Assembly: GCA_963665815.1 (NCBI GenBank)
Contig: OY762463.1
Span: 1,056,001-1,120,000 of the forward strand
Source: Candidatus Cloacimonadales bacterium
GTDB lineage: Bacteria > Cloacimonadota > Cloacimonadia > Cloacimonadales > JAIOQZ01
Direction: 5' to 3'
DNA length: 64,000 nt
The notes under the pieces were generated by a model. The model had not been told where the DNA came from and did not search any database. It saw nothing but the letters and a program-made list of their open reading frames with translations. A program made the position numbers and the translations under genes. Shown here in pieces: positions 1 through 8,735 of this stretch (within the stretch, counting starts at the first letter, position 1; each line of letters opens with the position of its first letter).

Positions 1-447
1 TATGAAGTTTTAAGTTATATGTTAACTGGATCAAAAATACGAAAGCAATATTTTCTTGACTTGTTTAAAGACCGAGTCGTTTCTAATGATATCAAAATCA
101 ATTTTATGATTTTCTTATCAATAATTGAAATAGATGAAGAAAATAATGATGAATCAATGAAATATTTGAAAAGAGCAGAAAAATTAATACCAACGATTAC
201 AAATTTCAGGAATATATTAGAAATGCAACTCAATTTGGCAAAAACCTTGTTATATGATAGACAACAGAATATTGCAGAAAGCAACAAGTATTTATCCAAA
301 GCTATTCAAATTAAATCCTCAATTTCTAACCTAGATAGTATCAATATCTTTAGTTTAATGAAATTTGACAACATGATTCCTTATCCTGATAATGTGATAA
401 GGCAACTAGAAAGTATTGAGAGGAGGATAAATGAGCAAAAGAATTAA
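1..447 (+). CDS. Hypothetical helical (TPR-like) protein, 5'-truncated by window edge
   Basis: Frame of ORF 19..447 is open from base 1; helical repeat-like patterns (YLKRAEKL, YLSKAIQI); visibly AT-rich. Confidence 0.55.
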   Translation, partial: YEVLSYMLTGSKIRKQYFLDLFKDRVVSNDIKINFMIFLSIIEIDEENNDESMKYLKRAEKLIPTITNFRNILEMQLNLAKTLLYDRQQNIAESNKYLSKAIQIKSSISNLDSINIFSLMKFDNMIPYPDNVIRQLESIERRINEQKN

Positions 448-1381
448 GATAAATAGTATCCTTCTGTTGGTTTTATTAACATTTTGTTCAAGATTTTTTG
501 CATTTGAATATGTGAACTATTATCCTTTGAAGCAAAATTTAACACTTGAAGAGAAAGAGGTGGTAGAAAATTTCTCTTTCTTGATGAAAGACATATTGAA
601 CGACAATTTCGCAATCGCTGGAACAAGCTTATCATTCATTTTCAGTCGTAATCAATTAAAAAATAATCCATTTGTTACAGAAAATCCTAAAGTCATATTA
701 ATTCAATTCAGGGTAATTTATAACATAAGAATTGGAAATTATGAATTGGCTAAACTCTTATTTGATGAAGTTGAAAAGTCCTTCCAAGAGCCTACTAATG
801 ATTTATCAAATGAGTTCTTCGAAGAGCTCAAATTGTATAAGTATTCAATTATGGCTAAACTGGAACCAGATAGTTTAGAATATTATGCGCGAAAAATCAT
901 AGATATTGTTACTCCTAAAGATTTATTCTGCTATACATATCGCTTGAACTGGTTATTTGATAATGGCTATTACAATGATTTACAGAAGATTGTAAAAAAC
1001 TCAAATGATACTTTTGATATAATTAGTAACATAAGGTGTCTTTATGAGCAAAAAAAGTATGATGATATTGAAAATTTATTTATTCAGTTGAGTCGCAGTC
1101 CTCACAAACAAACTCCCGATCTTTTGCTTTATATTAGTTATATTAAATGCCTTATCGCCTTTAATAAGGGAAAAATCGACAAATCGATAAAGCTTTTAAA
1201 GAAGAATCAAAGAATGTTTAATGAGCTTGAAGTTTATATTAAAACTCATAATTTGAGAGAAAGATTTATTGATGAAAGTTTAAGAACACTAGTATTTAAT
1301 TTTGATGGATTGAATTTCACTTTAACAAATGAGCAGATAATGCAACTGTTGACAATCCAAGAAATGAGTAAATTAGATTAA
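431..1381 (+). CDS. Hypothetical exported helical/TPR-like protein
   Basis: 316-aa ORF, AGGAGG RBS, N-terminal hydrophobic signal-like stretch, overlaps upstream ORF end. Confidence 0.7.
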   Translation: MSKRIKINSILLLVLLTFCSRFFAFEYVNYYPLKQNLTLEEKEVVENFSFLMKDILNDNFAIAGTSLSFIFSRNQLKNNPFVTENPKVILIQFRVIYNIRIGNYELAKLLFDEVEKSFQEPTNDLSNEFFEELKLYKYSIMAKLEPDSLEYYARKIIDIVTPKDLFCYTYRLNWLFDNGYYNDLQKIVKNSNDTFDIISNIRCLYEQKKYDDIENLFIQLSRSPHKQTPDLLLYISYIKCLIAFNKGKIDKSIKLLKKNQRMFNELEVYIKTHNLRERFIDESLRTLVFNFDGLNFTLTNEQIMQLLTIQEMSKLD

Positions 1382-1394
1382 CTTTTTTATATTG

Positions 1395-1423
1395 AAAAGC
1401 CAGAACTCGTTTTCTGGCTTTTT
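1395..1423 (+). terminator. Rho-independent terminator (likely bidirectional)
   Basis: aaaagccagaa-ctcgtt-ttctggctttt hairpin just after the stop codon. Confidence 0.8.
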
Positions 1424-1476
1424 CTGTCTGAACCATGATTCTCTTGATTTATATGATTGAAGGATTGCAAGGATAA

Positions 1477-1513
1477 ACACCTTCGGAATGGTTAAAGACC
1501 TTCCGAATGGTGT
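1477..1513. repeat. REP-like imperfect palindrome
   Basis: acaccttcggaatggt-taaag-accttccgaatggtgt folds with one bulged T on each arm. Confidence 0.45.
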
Positions 1514-1657
1514 GACAAACTGCTATCTTTTTTTTGAAATCAACTGTGCAGTCCTGTAATACGCGTAGAGGCAACCGGACGGTTGACTCAATAATTTTCT
1601 TGACCATTTGCCACTACTGAGCTCAATTTAGCCTTAATATGGAGTAAGGAGACAGGA

Positions 1658-1800
1658 TTGTATCTGGGAAACACAGCTTTAGTAGTACAGGAAGACCATT
1701 ACTATCCATTTGGGCAACGTTTGAATGGGCTTTCCATGGCAAGTGCAAATCCTAATAACTTTCTTTACAATGGGAAGGAATTTGAAGATGAGAATAATGT
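1658..1800 (+). pseudogene. Fragment of RHS repeat-associated core domain
   Basis: VVQEDHYYPFGQRL...NNFLYNGKEFEDE matches the FCB-type Rhs core motif; the rest of the core and any toxin domain are missing. Confidence 0.75.
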
Positions 1801-2094
1801 ACCTCCTATGGTCTTCGAACTGACGTTCTACAGACTTCGGAGTGGAGACTCTCGCCTGCGGCTACGAGATTATTAGTAAAGAAATTATCTTTCACCTGCA
1901 CAATAATAGAATCAGGTTCAATGCTGTAAATAAGCCCAAATTCTGCCTGTTCATCCTGACTTAGCACCATGGATTTACCTTTAAACTCCAGTATCAAGGT
2001 TTTACCTATAACACCGGTTATGTTTATTTCTGGTCGATGGACAATGGGCTATGAGCAAAGTCGTCGCATATACTTTTAACACCATTTGCAAATC

Positions 2095-2791
2095 AAAAAG
2101 GCCCCGAGAATTCCCAGAGCCTGTAAAGTTAGTTGGATGTCAAATGCGACGAAATCCCGACCTATTTGAAAAGGTCCTTCAGCAGTTTTTCTGCTTCTTT
2201 TTCGACTTTCTTGCCAACAAAAGAAAGTCTTTTCCCTTAAATCAAAGTTGTCGCATTATCTATAGTGATGAACATTTCAATAAAAAAAGGCCCCGAGAAT
2301 TCCCAGAGCCTGTAAAGTTAGTTGGATGTCAAATGCGACGAAATCTCGACCTATTTGAAAAGGTCCTTCAGCAGTTTTTCTGCTTCTTTTTCGACTTTCT
2401 TTCCGGCAAAAAGAAAGTCTTTTTACCTTTTTGGGGTAGTTGTCGCATTATCTATAGTGATGAACATTTCAATAAAAAAAGGCCCCGAGAATTCCCAGAG
2501 CCTGTAAAGTTAGTTGGATGTCAAATGCGACGAAATCTCGACCTATTTGAAAAGGTCCTTCAGCAGTTTTTCTGCTTCTTTTTCGACTTTCTTTCCGGCA
2601 AAAAGAAAGTCTTTTTACCTTTTTGGGGTAGTTGTCGCATTATCTATAGTGATGAACATTTCAATAAGAAAAGGCCCCGAGAATTCCCAGAGCCTGTAAA
2701 GTTAGTTGGATGTCAAATGCGACGAAATCTCGACCTATTTGAAAAGGTCTTTCAGCAGTTTCTCTGCTTCTTTTTCGACTTTCTTTCCGGC
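2095..2791. repeat. Tandem array of about 3.6 units (189, 192, 192 bp plus a partial), each containing the 3' end and terminator of the 2735..4603 gene
   Basis: ggccccgagaattccc recurs at 2100, 2289, 2481 and 2673; the last partial unit is the real gene end. Confidence 0.97.
2669..2695 (-). terminator. Rho-independent terminator of the TIGR03545-like gene, repeated in every array unit
   Basis: Minus strand aggctctggg-aatt-ctcggggcct followed by a T run; G-U pairs favour the minus strand. Confidence 0.8.
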
Positions 2792-4603
2792 TTTATCTTT
2801 TTCCTTATCGATTTTGCCTTGAACTTCATTTTGTTTACCTTTGACCTTAGCTAATTGCTTATCGATCTTGCTTTGCATTTTTTTCATTTCAGAATCAAGC
2901 CTTGCTTTCTGTTTGTTTATCTGGTCATCAAGTTGTTTCTTGTACTTGGCAACTTCTTTATCAACCTTCTTACGCAATTCTTGTTTAGCTCGATCTACTT
3001 CTGCACTGAGTGCTTTTTTCATTTCTCTTGCAATCAGATTATCGAGATTACTATTCAAGTCGAATGAGTAATCAGAATCTTTCTGGCTGATTTTTGCATC
3101 AAAAGTAATAACATTTATTGCCTGAGTAATCCTCTTTGCAATTCTCAGGAGATGTTTGTTAAGCTTCTTTGAGTACACATCTGAAAACCTGAGTTTGTCT
3201 CCCTTAAAACCTACACTTGAAACAAAGTCACTGTTAAGAATATCAATCTCTGAGCTGAATGTTGCTTGTCCTGATTCCAGTTTTTCAGGTAACAAGACAA
3301 AATTGGAAAGTTTTGTTCCGTTAAGTGGTATTTCACTAGCAACAATTTTTACGTTCTCGTGGAATTGCTCATTTCTGTGGTCCAGAGTAGCATCTATGCT
3401 TGCTTTGAACAATCCGGCTCTGCTTCCGCTTAATTTTGCAGTAATCGGAGTATTAATTCTGTCCTGATCAGATGAGATATTGAATATCTGTCCTTTAATT
3501 TTGAGCCCGTCACCTGCTTCACCGGAAAGAGTAATTTCTTTCAGCCAGAAGTTTGGTAATTCAGGATATTTTTCTGCTTTGGGTTCTGCTTCTACAGCTT
3601 CAGGTTTATCCTGTTTGATTTCTCTCGACATCTGTATGTATCCTATAGCCATCATTAAACCATCTGAAAGTCTGTCTCCAAACAGCATTTTTGCAATATC
3701 TTCAACATTTGATGAAGGTAGGTTAGCAATATTCAATGCTTTGTTATAATCCGCTTTAACCCACTTAGGAACATCTTTTCTGAGACCATTAAGAAGCTTC
3801 ATATCTTTAGAGAAATTCTTTTTAACCTCTTTAGCTTCTTTAAACAGTTTCTGAGATTTATCATAAGCAAATTTAGCATTATCCAGAGCTTTCAATAACT
3901 CATCAAGCTTCTTCAAATTATTAACATCTATTGCACTGATCTTTTTCTCAATTTCTTTATAATCTTTTTCATAAGTATTGTTTTTGAATTTATCATCCCA
4001 ATATGCGTAACGTTCATCTGCAATTTTCTTAAGTGAATCAATTTTAGCAGGTGTCTGAAGTTCGAGAAGAGCGAATACGGAATCAACATCGATATTTGCC
4101 TTAAGTGAAGCAGGATCAAATACAGGAATCTTATCCTTTTCTTCCATGATCTTTGCTTTGATCTTTTCAGTTACCATTTTAGCTACTTTGCTCTGTCCTT
4201 TTTTCTTCTTTTTAGGATCAGGCTCAATATAACCATCTTCCGCTCTGACAGTATTCATTTTAAAGTTTACTAACTGTACTTTATTCATGACAACTTTCTT
4301 TGCCAGCAGAGGTTTAATCTCCATATTAATTTCTGTTCGACCAAATTCAAACAGGTTTTTCTTTGTATTGTCCTTATCAGTCATCTGGAATCTGTTCCAG
4401 GACAATGTTCCTTCGAATGGTTCAAACTTGAGACTGTCAACATTGAGTTGAGCTCCATAGATTTTGGAACCTTTCCCTTCAATAAAATTTGTAAGTATAT
4501 TATTTCTGAAGTGATAAACTCCAAATAATCCACCTGCAAAAATTATAAGAAATATAAGTAATCCAAGAAAAAACTTACCAAATTTCTTAAAGAATTTCTT
4601 CAT
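2735..4603 (-). CDS. TIGR03545-family / AsmA-like envelope protein
   Basis: N-terminal TM, AsmA-like N region (NLFEFG..EINMEIKPLL), coiled coils, SNLD motif, Lys-rich C-terminus LLKDLFK. Confidence 0.75.
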   Translation of the reverse strand: MKKFFKKFGKFFLGLLIFLIIFAGGLFGVYHFRNNILTNFIEGKGSKIYGAQLNVDSLKFEPFEGTLSWNRFQMTDKDNTKKNLFEFGRTEINMEIKPLLAKKVVMNKVQLVNFKMNTVRAEDGYIEPDPKKKKKGQSKVAKMVTEKIKAKIMEEKDKIPVFDPASLKANIDVDSVFALLELQTPAKIDSLKKIADERYAYWDDKFKNNTYEKDYKEIEKKISAIDVNNLKKLDELLKALDNAKFAYDKSQKLFKEAKEVKKNFSKDMKLLNGLRKDVPKWVKADYNKALNIANLPSSNVEDIAKMLFGDRLSDGLMMAIGYIQMSREIKQDKPEAVEAEPKAEKYPELPNFWLKEITLSGEAGDGLKIKGQIFNISSDQDRINTPITAKLSGSRAGLFKASIDATLDHRNEQFHENVKIVASEIPLNGTKLSNFVLLPEKLESGQATFSSEIDILNSDFVSSVGFKGDKLRFSDVYSKKLNKHLLRIAKRITQAINVITFDAKISQKDSDYSFDLNSNLDNLIAREMKKALSAEVDRAKQELRKKVDKEVAKYKKQLDDQINKQKARLDSEMKKMQSKIDKQLAKVKGKQNEVQGKIDKEKDKAGKKVEKEAEKLLKDLFK

Positions 4604-4783
4604 CTGAATATCTCCTAATTATCAATATCTTTAATTAAAGAATTATCTGTGAAGGAAAATTCGAGTCAAGAAAAAAGTCATTCCGCACAATTATGGTACT
4701 AAATAACACTCAGTTACTGAGAGTACAGTTTTCATTACTTACTTCAGGGAGTCTGTTGATTAGAAAAATCTGAACTAAAAACA

Positions 4784-4812
4784 TTGACTGATTGATATTC
4801 AATACTTACAGT
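4784..4812 (+). promoter_or_regulatory. Sigma70-type promoter for nfeD-SPFH
   Basis: TTGACT-N17-TACAGT upstream of the GGAGG RBS. Confidence 0.5.
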
Positions 4813-4843
4813 TTACCAAGAAGATACTAATTATGGAGGATCT

Positions 4844-5293
4844 ATGCAGATACAACCTTATATGGTCTGGATTATTCTGGGAGTTATTTTCGCTGTACTC
4901 GAATTTATGATACCCGGAATGATAATCATTTTCTTTGGGATTGGTGCTATATTAACCGGAATACTTACGACATTCATGCTGCAGGATAATTATATCGCAC
5001 AAATGATTATTTTTCTGATTCTGTCGATTTTATCCCTTGTTTTACTGAGAAAATACATGAAGAGTGTGCTGGTAGGTGAAACTACAGACAACCATCAGTT
5101 TGCGAATGACAGTATAGGAGAAATTGCACATGTCACTGAAGAAATTAATGCTTCTGAAGGCAAAGGTCATATTAAGTTCAGGGGCTCTCTCTGGAAAGCA
5201 GTTTCAGATGATGTTATTCCTGAAGGAAGTACTGTAAAAATTGTAGAGCAGAATAACATAACTTATAAAGTTAAACTTAACAAGGAGGACTAA
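4844..5293 (+). CDS. NfeD-like membrane protein (YbbJ type)
   Basis: TM helices followed by the C-terminal G.I.FRGSLWKA OB-fold motif; coupled to the SPFH gene. Confidence 0.9.
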   Translation: MQIQPYMVWIILGVIFAVLEFMIPGMIIIFFGIGAILTGILTTFMLQDNYIAQMIIFLILSILSLVLLRKYMKSVLVGETTDNHQFANDSIGEIAHVTEEINASEGKGHIKFRGSLWKAVSDDVIPEGSTVKIVEQNNITYKVKLNKED

Positions 5294-6222
5294 TGTTTGA
5301 TGGAATGTTCATGTGGATAATAATTATAATTGTTGTTATTTCCTTATTTCTCAAATATGCCAGAGTTATACCGAATCAATCAGTCTATGTAATTGAAAGA
5401 CTTGGTAAGTACCAGAAAACAATTGGAGCAGGTTTTCATCTGTTATTACCTTTCTTAGATAAAATTGCTTACAAACACACGTTAAAGGAACAGGCTATTG
5501 ACGTACCACCTCAGATTTGTATTACTCAAGATAATATCTCTGTTGAAATTGATGGTGTTCTGTATATGAAAGTTGTTGATGCTGTAAAAGCAAGTTATGG
5601 AATAACAAATTACAGATTTGCCATCATTCAACTTGCTCAGACTATGATGCGTTCCGAAATAGGTAAACTAAGTCTGGACAACACATTTGAATCCAGAGAA
5701 AACATTAATGCTCAGATTGTAACAGCTATTGACGAAGCTTCGGACCCCTGGGGTATCAAAGTAACTCGTTATGAGATTAAAAACATTGATCCACCTGAAT
5801 CAATAAAAGGTGCAATGGAAAAGCAGATGCGTGCTGAACGTGAGAAAAGAGAAAAGATAGCACTTTCCGAAGGTGACAAAATAGCTAAGATTAACCGAGC
5901 TGAAGGTGATAGAGAAGAAGCTATTAAAAAATCTGAAGGTGAAAGAACTAAGCTTGAAAACGAAGCAAAGGGACAGGCTGCTGCAATTCTTGAAGTTGCT
6001 GAAGCAACAGCTCAGGGAATTAAGAAAATTGCTGATGCAATCAATCAGGAAGGTGGACAGGAAGCTGTTAATATGAATATTGCCAAAGACTGGATTAAGG
6101 AATTCGGTAAAATTGCCCACAAAAGCAATACAATGATTGTTCCTACAAACGTTGCCGATCTTGCCAGCGTAACCGGACTTGTTGCCAAGACATTCGATAA
6201 AATGAGAGACAAACCGGAATAG
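5293..6222 (+). CDS. qmcA: SPFH/stomatin-like protein (QmcA/paraslipin)
   Basis: ERLGKY, ITQDN, WGIKVTRYEI and QMRAERE motifs. Confidence 0.9.
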   Translation: MFDGMFMWIIIIIVVISLFLKYARVIPNQSVYVIERLGKYQKTIGAGFHLLLPFLDKIAYKHTLKEQAIDVPPQICITQDNISVEIDGVLYMKVVDAVKASYGITNYRFAIIQLAQTMMRSEIGKLSLDNTFESRENINAQIVTAIDEASDPWGIKVTRYEIKNIDPPESIKGAMEKQMRAEREKREKIALSEGDKIAKINRAEGDREEAIKKSEGERTKLENEAKGQAAAILEVAEATAQGIKKIADAINQEGGQEAVNMNIAKDWIKEFGKIAHKSNTMIVPTNVADLASVTGLVAKTFDKMRDKPE

Positions 6223-6282
6223 AATACGAAATATTAAGAAACCAGTGCATATTATAATGACATGACGGTATTCTAATTATAC

Positions 6283-6316
6283 AATCAGTACCTTCCGTAA
6301 TCGGAAGGTACTGATT
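6283..6316. terminator. Terminator hairpin between convergent genes
   Basis: aatcagtaccttccg-taat-cggaaggtactgatt perfect 15-bp stem. Confidence 0.8.
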
Positions 6317-6337
6317 TCAAATATTGTTCAATTATGC

Positions 6338-7573
6338 TTATATTATCTTACCAACCATATCAGTGGTGATTCTGTATGTATTTTTATCAGTATCAATCTT
6401 CATGTTCCCATCATCATCAATAATTGTCCGTTGAATTTTTTCTCCTTTGGGAATATATTTTTTCACATCTTTGTGAGTGTTGAATGTTAATCCCTTTGAG
6501 AAACGATTCATTTTGATTTTAACTTCTGATGACTCTTTGTAATTTACAGGTTTAATTTTTGTTGATTTCTTTTTACCCTTTCTGGTAAACTCAAAATTGA
6601 GTTCTTTATCAGATCCCTCAATTATCTTTGTGACATCATAATAATCCTCAATTGATTTGCTGTCGATTTTCACTATTCTATCACCTGTTTTAAGATCTGA
6701 TTCTTCTGCCGGTGTATCATCAATAATTCCCTGAATCTCAACAAAAGTTTCAGGACTATCTTCATTTTTTGCGATACTGACAACTCTGACAGTTGCCCCG
6801 ATATACTTGTCATTAGTAAGAATATTTCCATTATAAAAAGATATAAACTCTCTTTTAAACTCAGAATCAACATTTAGCTCCGGAACAGACACGGAAATAT
6901 TACCTATTTTCATTATCTCATCTTCTGAAGCTCTTGCTCCAAGTTTAAGTCTGATTTTTTTTGTCCCATCCCTGAAAATCTTTAAATCTATTTCATCCCC
7001 TGCTTTAAAGGATTTCAATATTGTCTGAAGTTGATCAAAAGCATATATTTTGTTTCCATCCATTTCAATAATTACATCACCAGTCTTCATACCGGCCTTG
7101 TAGCAAGGACCATCCCTTACAACATCGACCTGCACACCATATGGTACATCAATTCCTATTTTCTTTCTTCGTCTTTCAGAAAGTTTATCGGAATAAATAC
7201 CCATATATGCCGGTGTTGGATTTATATCTTCTCTGGAGCCAAGTTTAACTTTGATATTCTTCTTCTTACCATCTCTTAGAACTGTGAATTTTGATTGATC
7301 TCCGGGTTTTCGGAGTTCAAGCATTGCACGCAACTGAGAAAGCGTATACACTTTTTCTCCATCCATCATTACAATGACATCTTCGGGGAGCATCCCTGCT
7401 TCCTTTGCTTTACCATTTTTCAGTACTCTTTCAATATATACGCCATAATCATTTCTTTTATCCTGAGCAATATCTGACGAAGATGCATCTTTAAGTATTA
7501 CTCCAAGAACAGCTTCAGAAAATACTGAGCAAGTAAAGATCAGCATTATAAGTATAATTAGATTTCTTTTCAT
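6338..7573 (-). CDS. Exported protein with three PDZ domains and no protease domain
   Basis: Signal peptide; three (L/M/I)G...A..(A/S)G(M/L)..GD.I..(M/I)D PDZ-type units. Confidence 0.85.
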   Translation of the reverse strand: MKRNLIILIMLIFTCSVFSEAVLGVILKDASSSDIAQDKRNDYGVYIERVLKNGKAKEAGMLPEDVIVMMDGEKVYTLSQLRAMLELRKPGDQSKFTVLRDGKKKNIKVKLGSREDINPTPAYMGIYSDKLSERRRKKIGIDVPYGVQVDVVRDGPCYKAGMKTGDVIIEMDGNKIYAFDQLQTILKSFKAGDEIDLKIFRDGTKKIRLKLGARASEDEIMKIGNISVSVPELNVDSEFKREFISFYNGNILTNDKYIGATVRVVSIAKNEDSPETFVEIQGIIDDTPAEESDLKTGDRIVKIDSKSIEDYYDVTKIIEGSDKELNFEFTRKGKKKSTKIKPVNYKESSEVKIKMNRFSKGLTFNTHKDVKKYIPKGEKIQRTIIDDDGNMKIDTDKNTYRITTDMVGKII

Positions 7574-7582
7574 TTTAACTCC

Positions 7583-8026
7583 TTATAAAGATTTGTACAA
7601 ATTCTCTATTTTATTGGGATCCTTTATATATGTTACTGCACCCAATTCTTTGGATACATACTTTTCAACAATGTACTTTGCCGGAATATCTTCTTCTTCT
7701 AACTCATAATATTCGGCTTCAACAACTTTTACAAGTGAATCAGCTTCTTCAATCTGATCACAAAACGAATACTCTTCACGGAATGTGTAATTATGTACTT
7801 TTAAAGCATATTGAGGATTTACAAGAATGACGCTCAGCACTATAAACATGATTGAACACAGTGTATATGCCAACCTCATTCTGTTCTTTGCTCTGACAAA
7901 ATCATTATATTGAGATTTATTGAGATTGTAATGTTTTATCAATCTTCCTCTCAAATCTTCTTCTAAAGTATGATTTTCTATATCAGGAATCTTAGCTTTG
8001 AAGTAACTATTTTCCAAATCTTTCAT
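7583..8026 (-). CDS. Putative single-TM anti-sigma factor
   Basis: Overlaps the ECF sigma gene end; one central TM helix. Confidence 0.6.
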   Translation of the reverse strand: MKDLENSYFKAKIPDIENHTLEEDLRGRLIKHYNLNKSQYNDFVRAKNRMRLAYTLCSIMFIVLSVILVNPQYALKVHNYTFREEYSFCDQIEEADSLVKVVEAEYYELEEEDIPAKYIVEKYVSKELGAVTYIKDPNKIENLYKSL

Positions 8027-8561
8027 TATTGACTCCTTTTCTGATTTTCTTCAGTAGTCTATGCATTCTGACCTTGAGAGAATTTTCACTTTTCTTCATT
8101 ACTTCTGCGATCTCAGAGTATGACATTTTTTGGAAAAAGCGTAATCCTATAAGATCTTTGTCTTTAACAGGTAAATTGTTTATAATTGTCTTTATTTCGA
8201 TGTATTCGGGAAATCCGGCATTAACATCGTGATTAGTTTCTTCAATCTCAGTTTCAGTTTTCACAGAATCAGTCAATTTTCTGTGTTTCCCGACTTTTCT
8301 GTAGTACATGTTTATTTCGTTAATCGTTATTCTCATAAGCCATGAGGAGAACCTGCAATTTCTTGAGTCCAGTAACCTGAATGTATTCAATTTGCTCATT
8401 GCTTTAAAGAAGACATCTGAGACTATCTCATTTCTGATTGCCTCATCTGGTACGCGGTGAAATACATAATTGTTTACCATTTTAAAGTACTTCTTATAAA
8501 AGTAATCAAAAGCTGCTATATCCTTCTGTGCATTTAATACATTTTTCCATTCAGGGTCCAT
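8007..8561 (-). CDS. ECF RNA polymerase sigma-70 factor
   Basis: Region 2 (FSSWLMRITIN) and region 4 (SYSEIAEVM..SENSLKVRMHR); start placed at ATG 8561 after GGAGGT. Confidence 0.92.
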   Translation of the reverse strand: MDPEWKNVLNAQKDIAAFDYFYKKYFKMVNNYVFHRVPDEAIRNEIVSDVFFKAMSKLNTFRLLDSRNCRFSSWLMRITINEINMYYRKVGKHRKLTDSVKTETEIEETNHDVNAGFPEYIEIKTIINNLPVKDKDLIGLRFFQKMSYSEIAEVMKKSENSLKVRMHRLLKKIRKGVNNERFGK

Positions 8562-8585
8562 TGAACCTCCACTTATCACAAACAA

Positions 8586-8611
8586 AATGCACTATTCATA
8601 GAAAGGTTTCA
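8586..8611 (-). promoter_or_regulatory. Candidate autoregulatory ECF promoter
   Basis: TGAAAC-N16-CATT, with SigW-like -35 and spacing. Confidence 0.4.
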
Positions 8612-8735
8612 AGAAAAAATGAATTTTACTACATTTTTTTTTGCTTGTATGAAAAAGACTCTGATACGGATTCAACAGACAGTAACTACCTTAATCCGTA
8701 AAATCCTCCGAAATCAACCCTACACCTTAGATATA

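Noticed and set aside
1806-1997. 63-aa minus-strand ORF
   Set aside because: Protein-like but has no ATG/RBS and no recognisable family; at most a gene fragment.
2095-2791. CRISPR array interpretation
   Set aside because: Units are near-identical over their whole length with no unique spacers, and there are no cas genes in the window.
2051-2854. 267-aa repetitive ORF and two 61-aa ORFs on the + strand of the array
   Set aside because: Open only because unit lengths (189/192) are multiples of three; antisense to a real gene end and its terminators; no convincing RBS; abnormal Phe/Cys composition.
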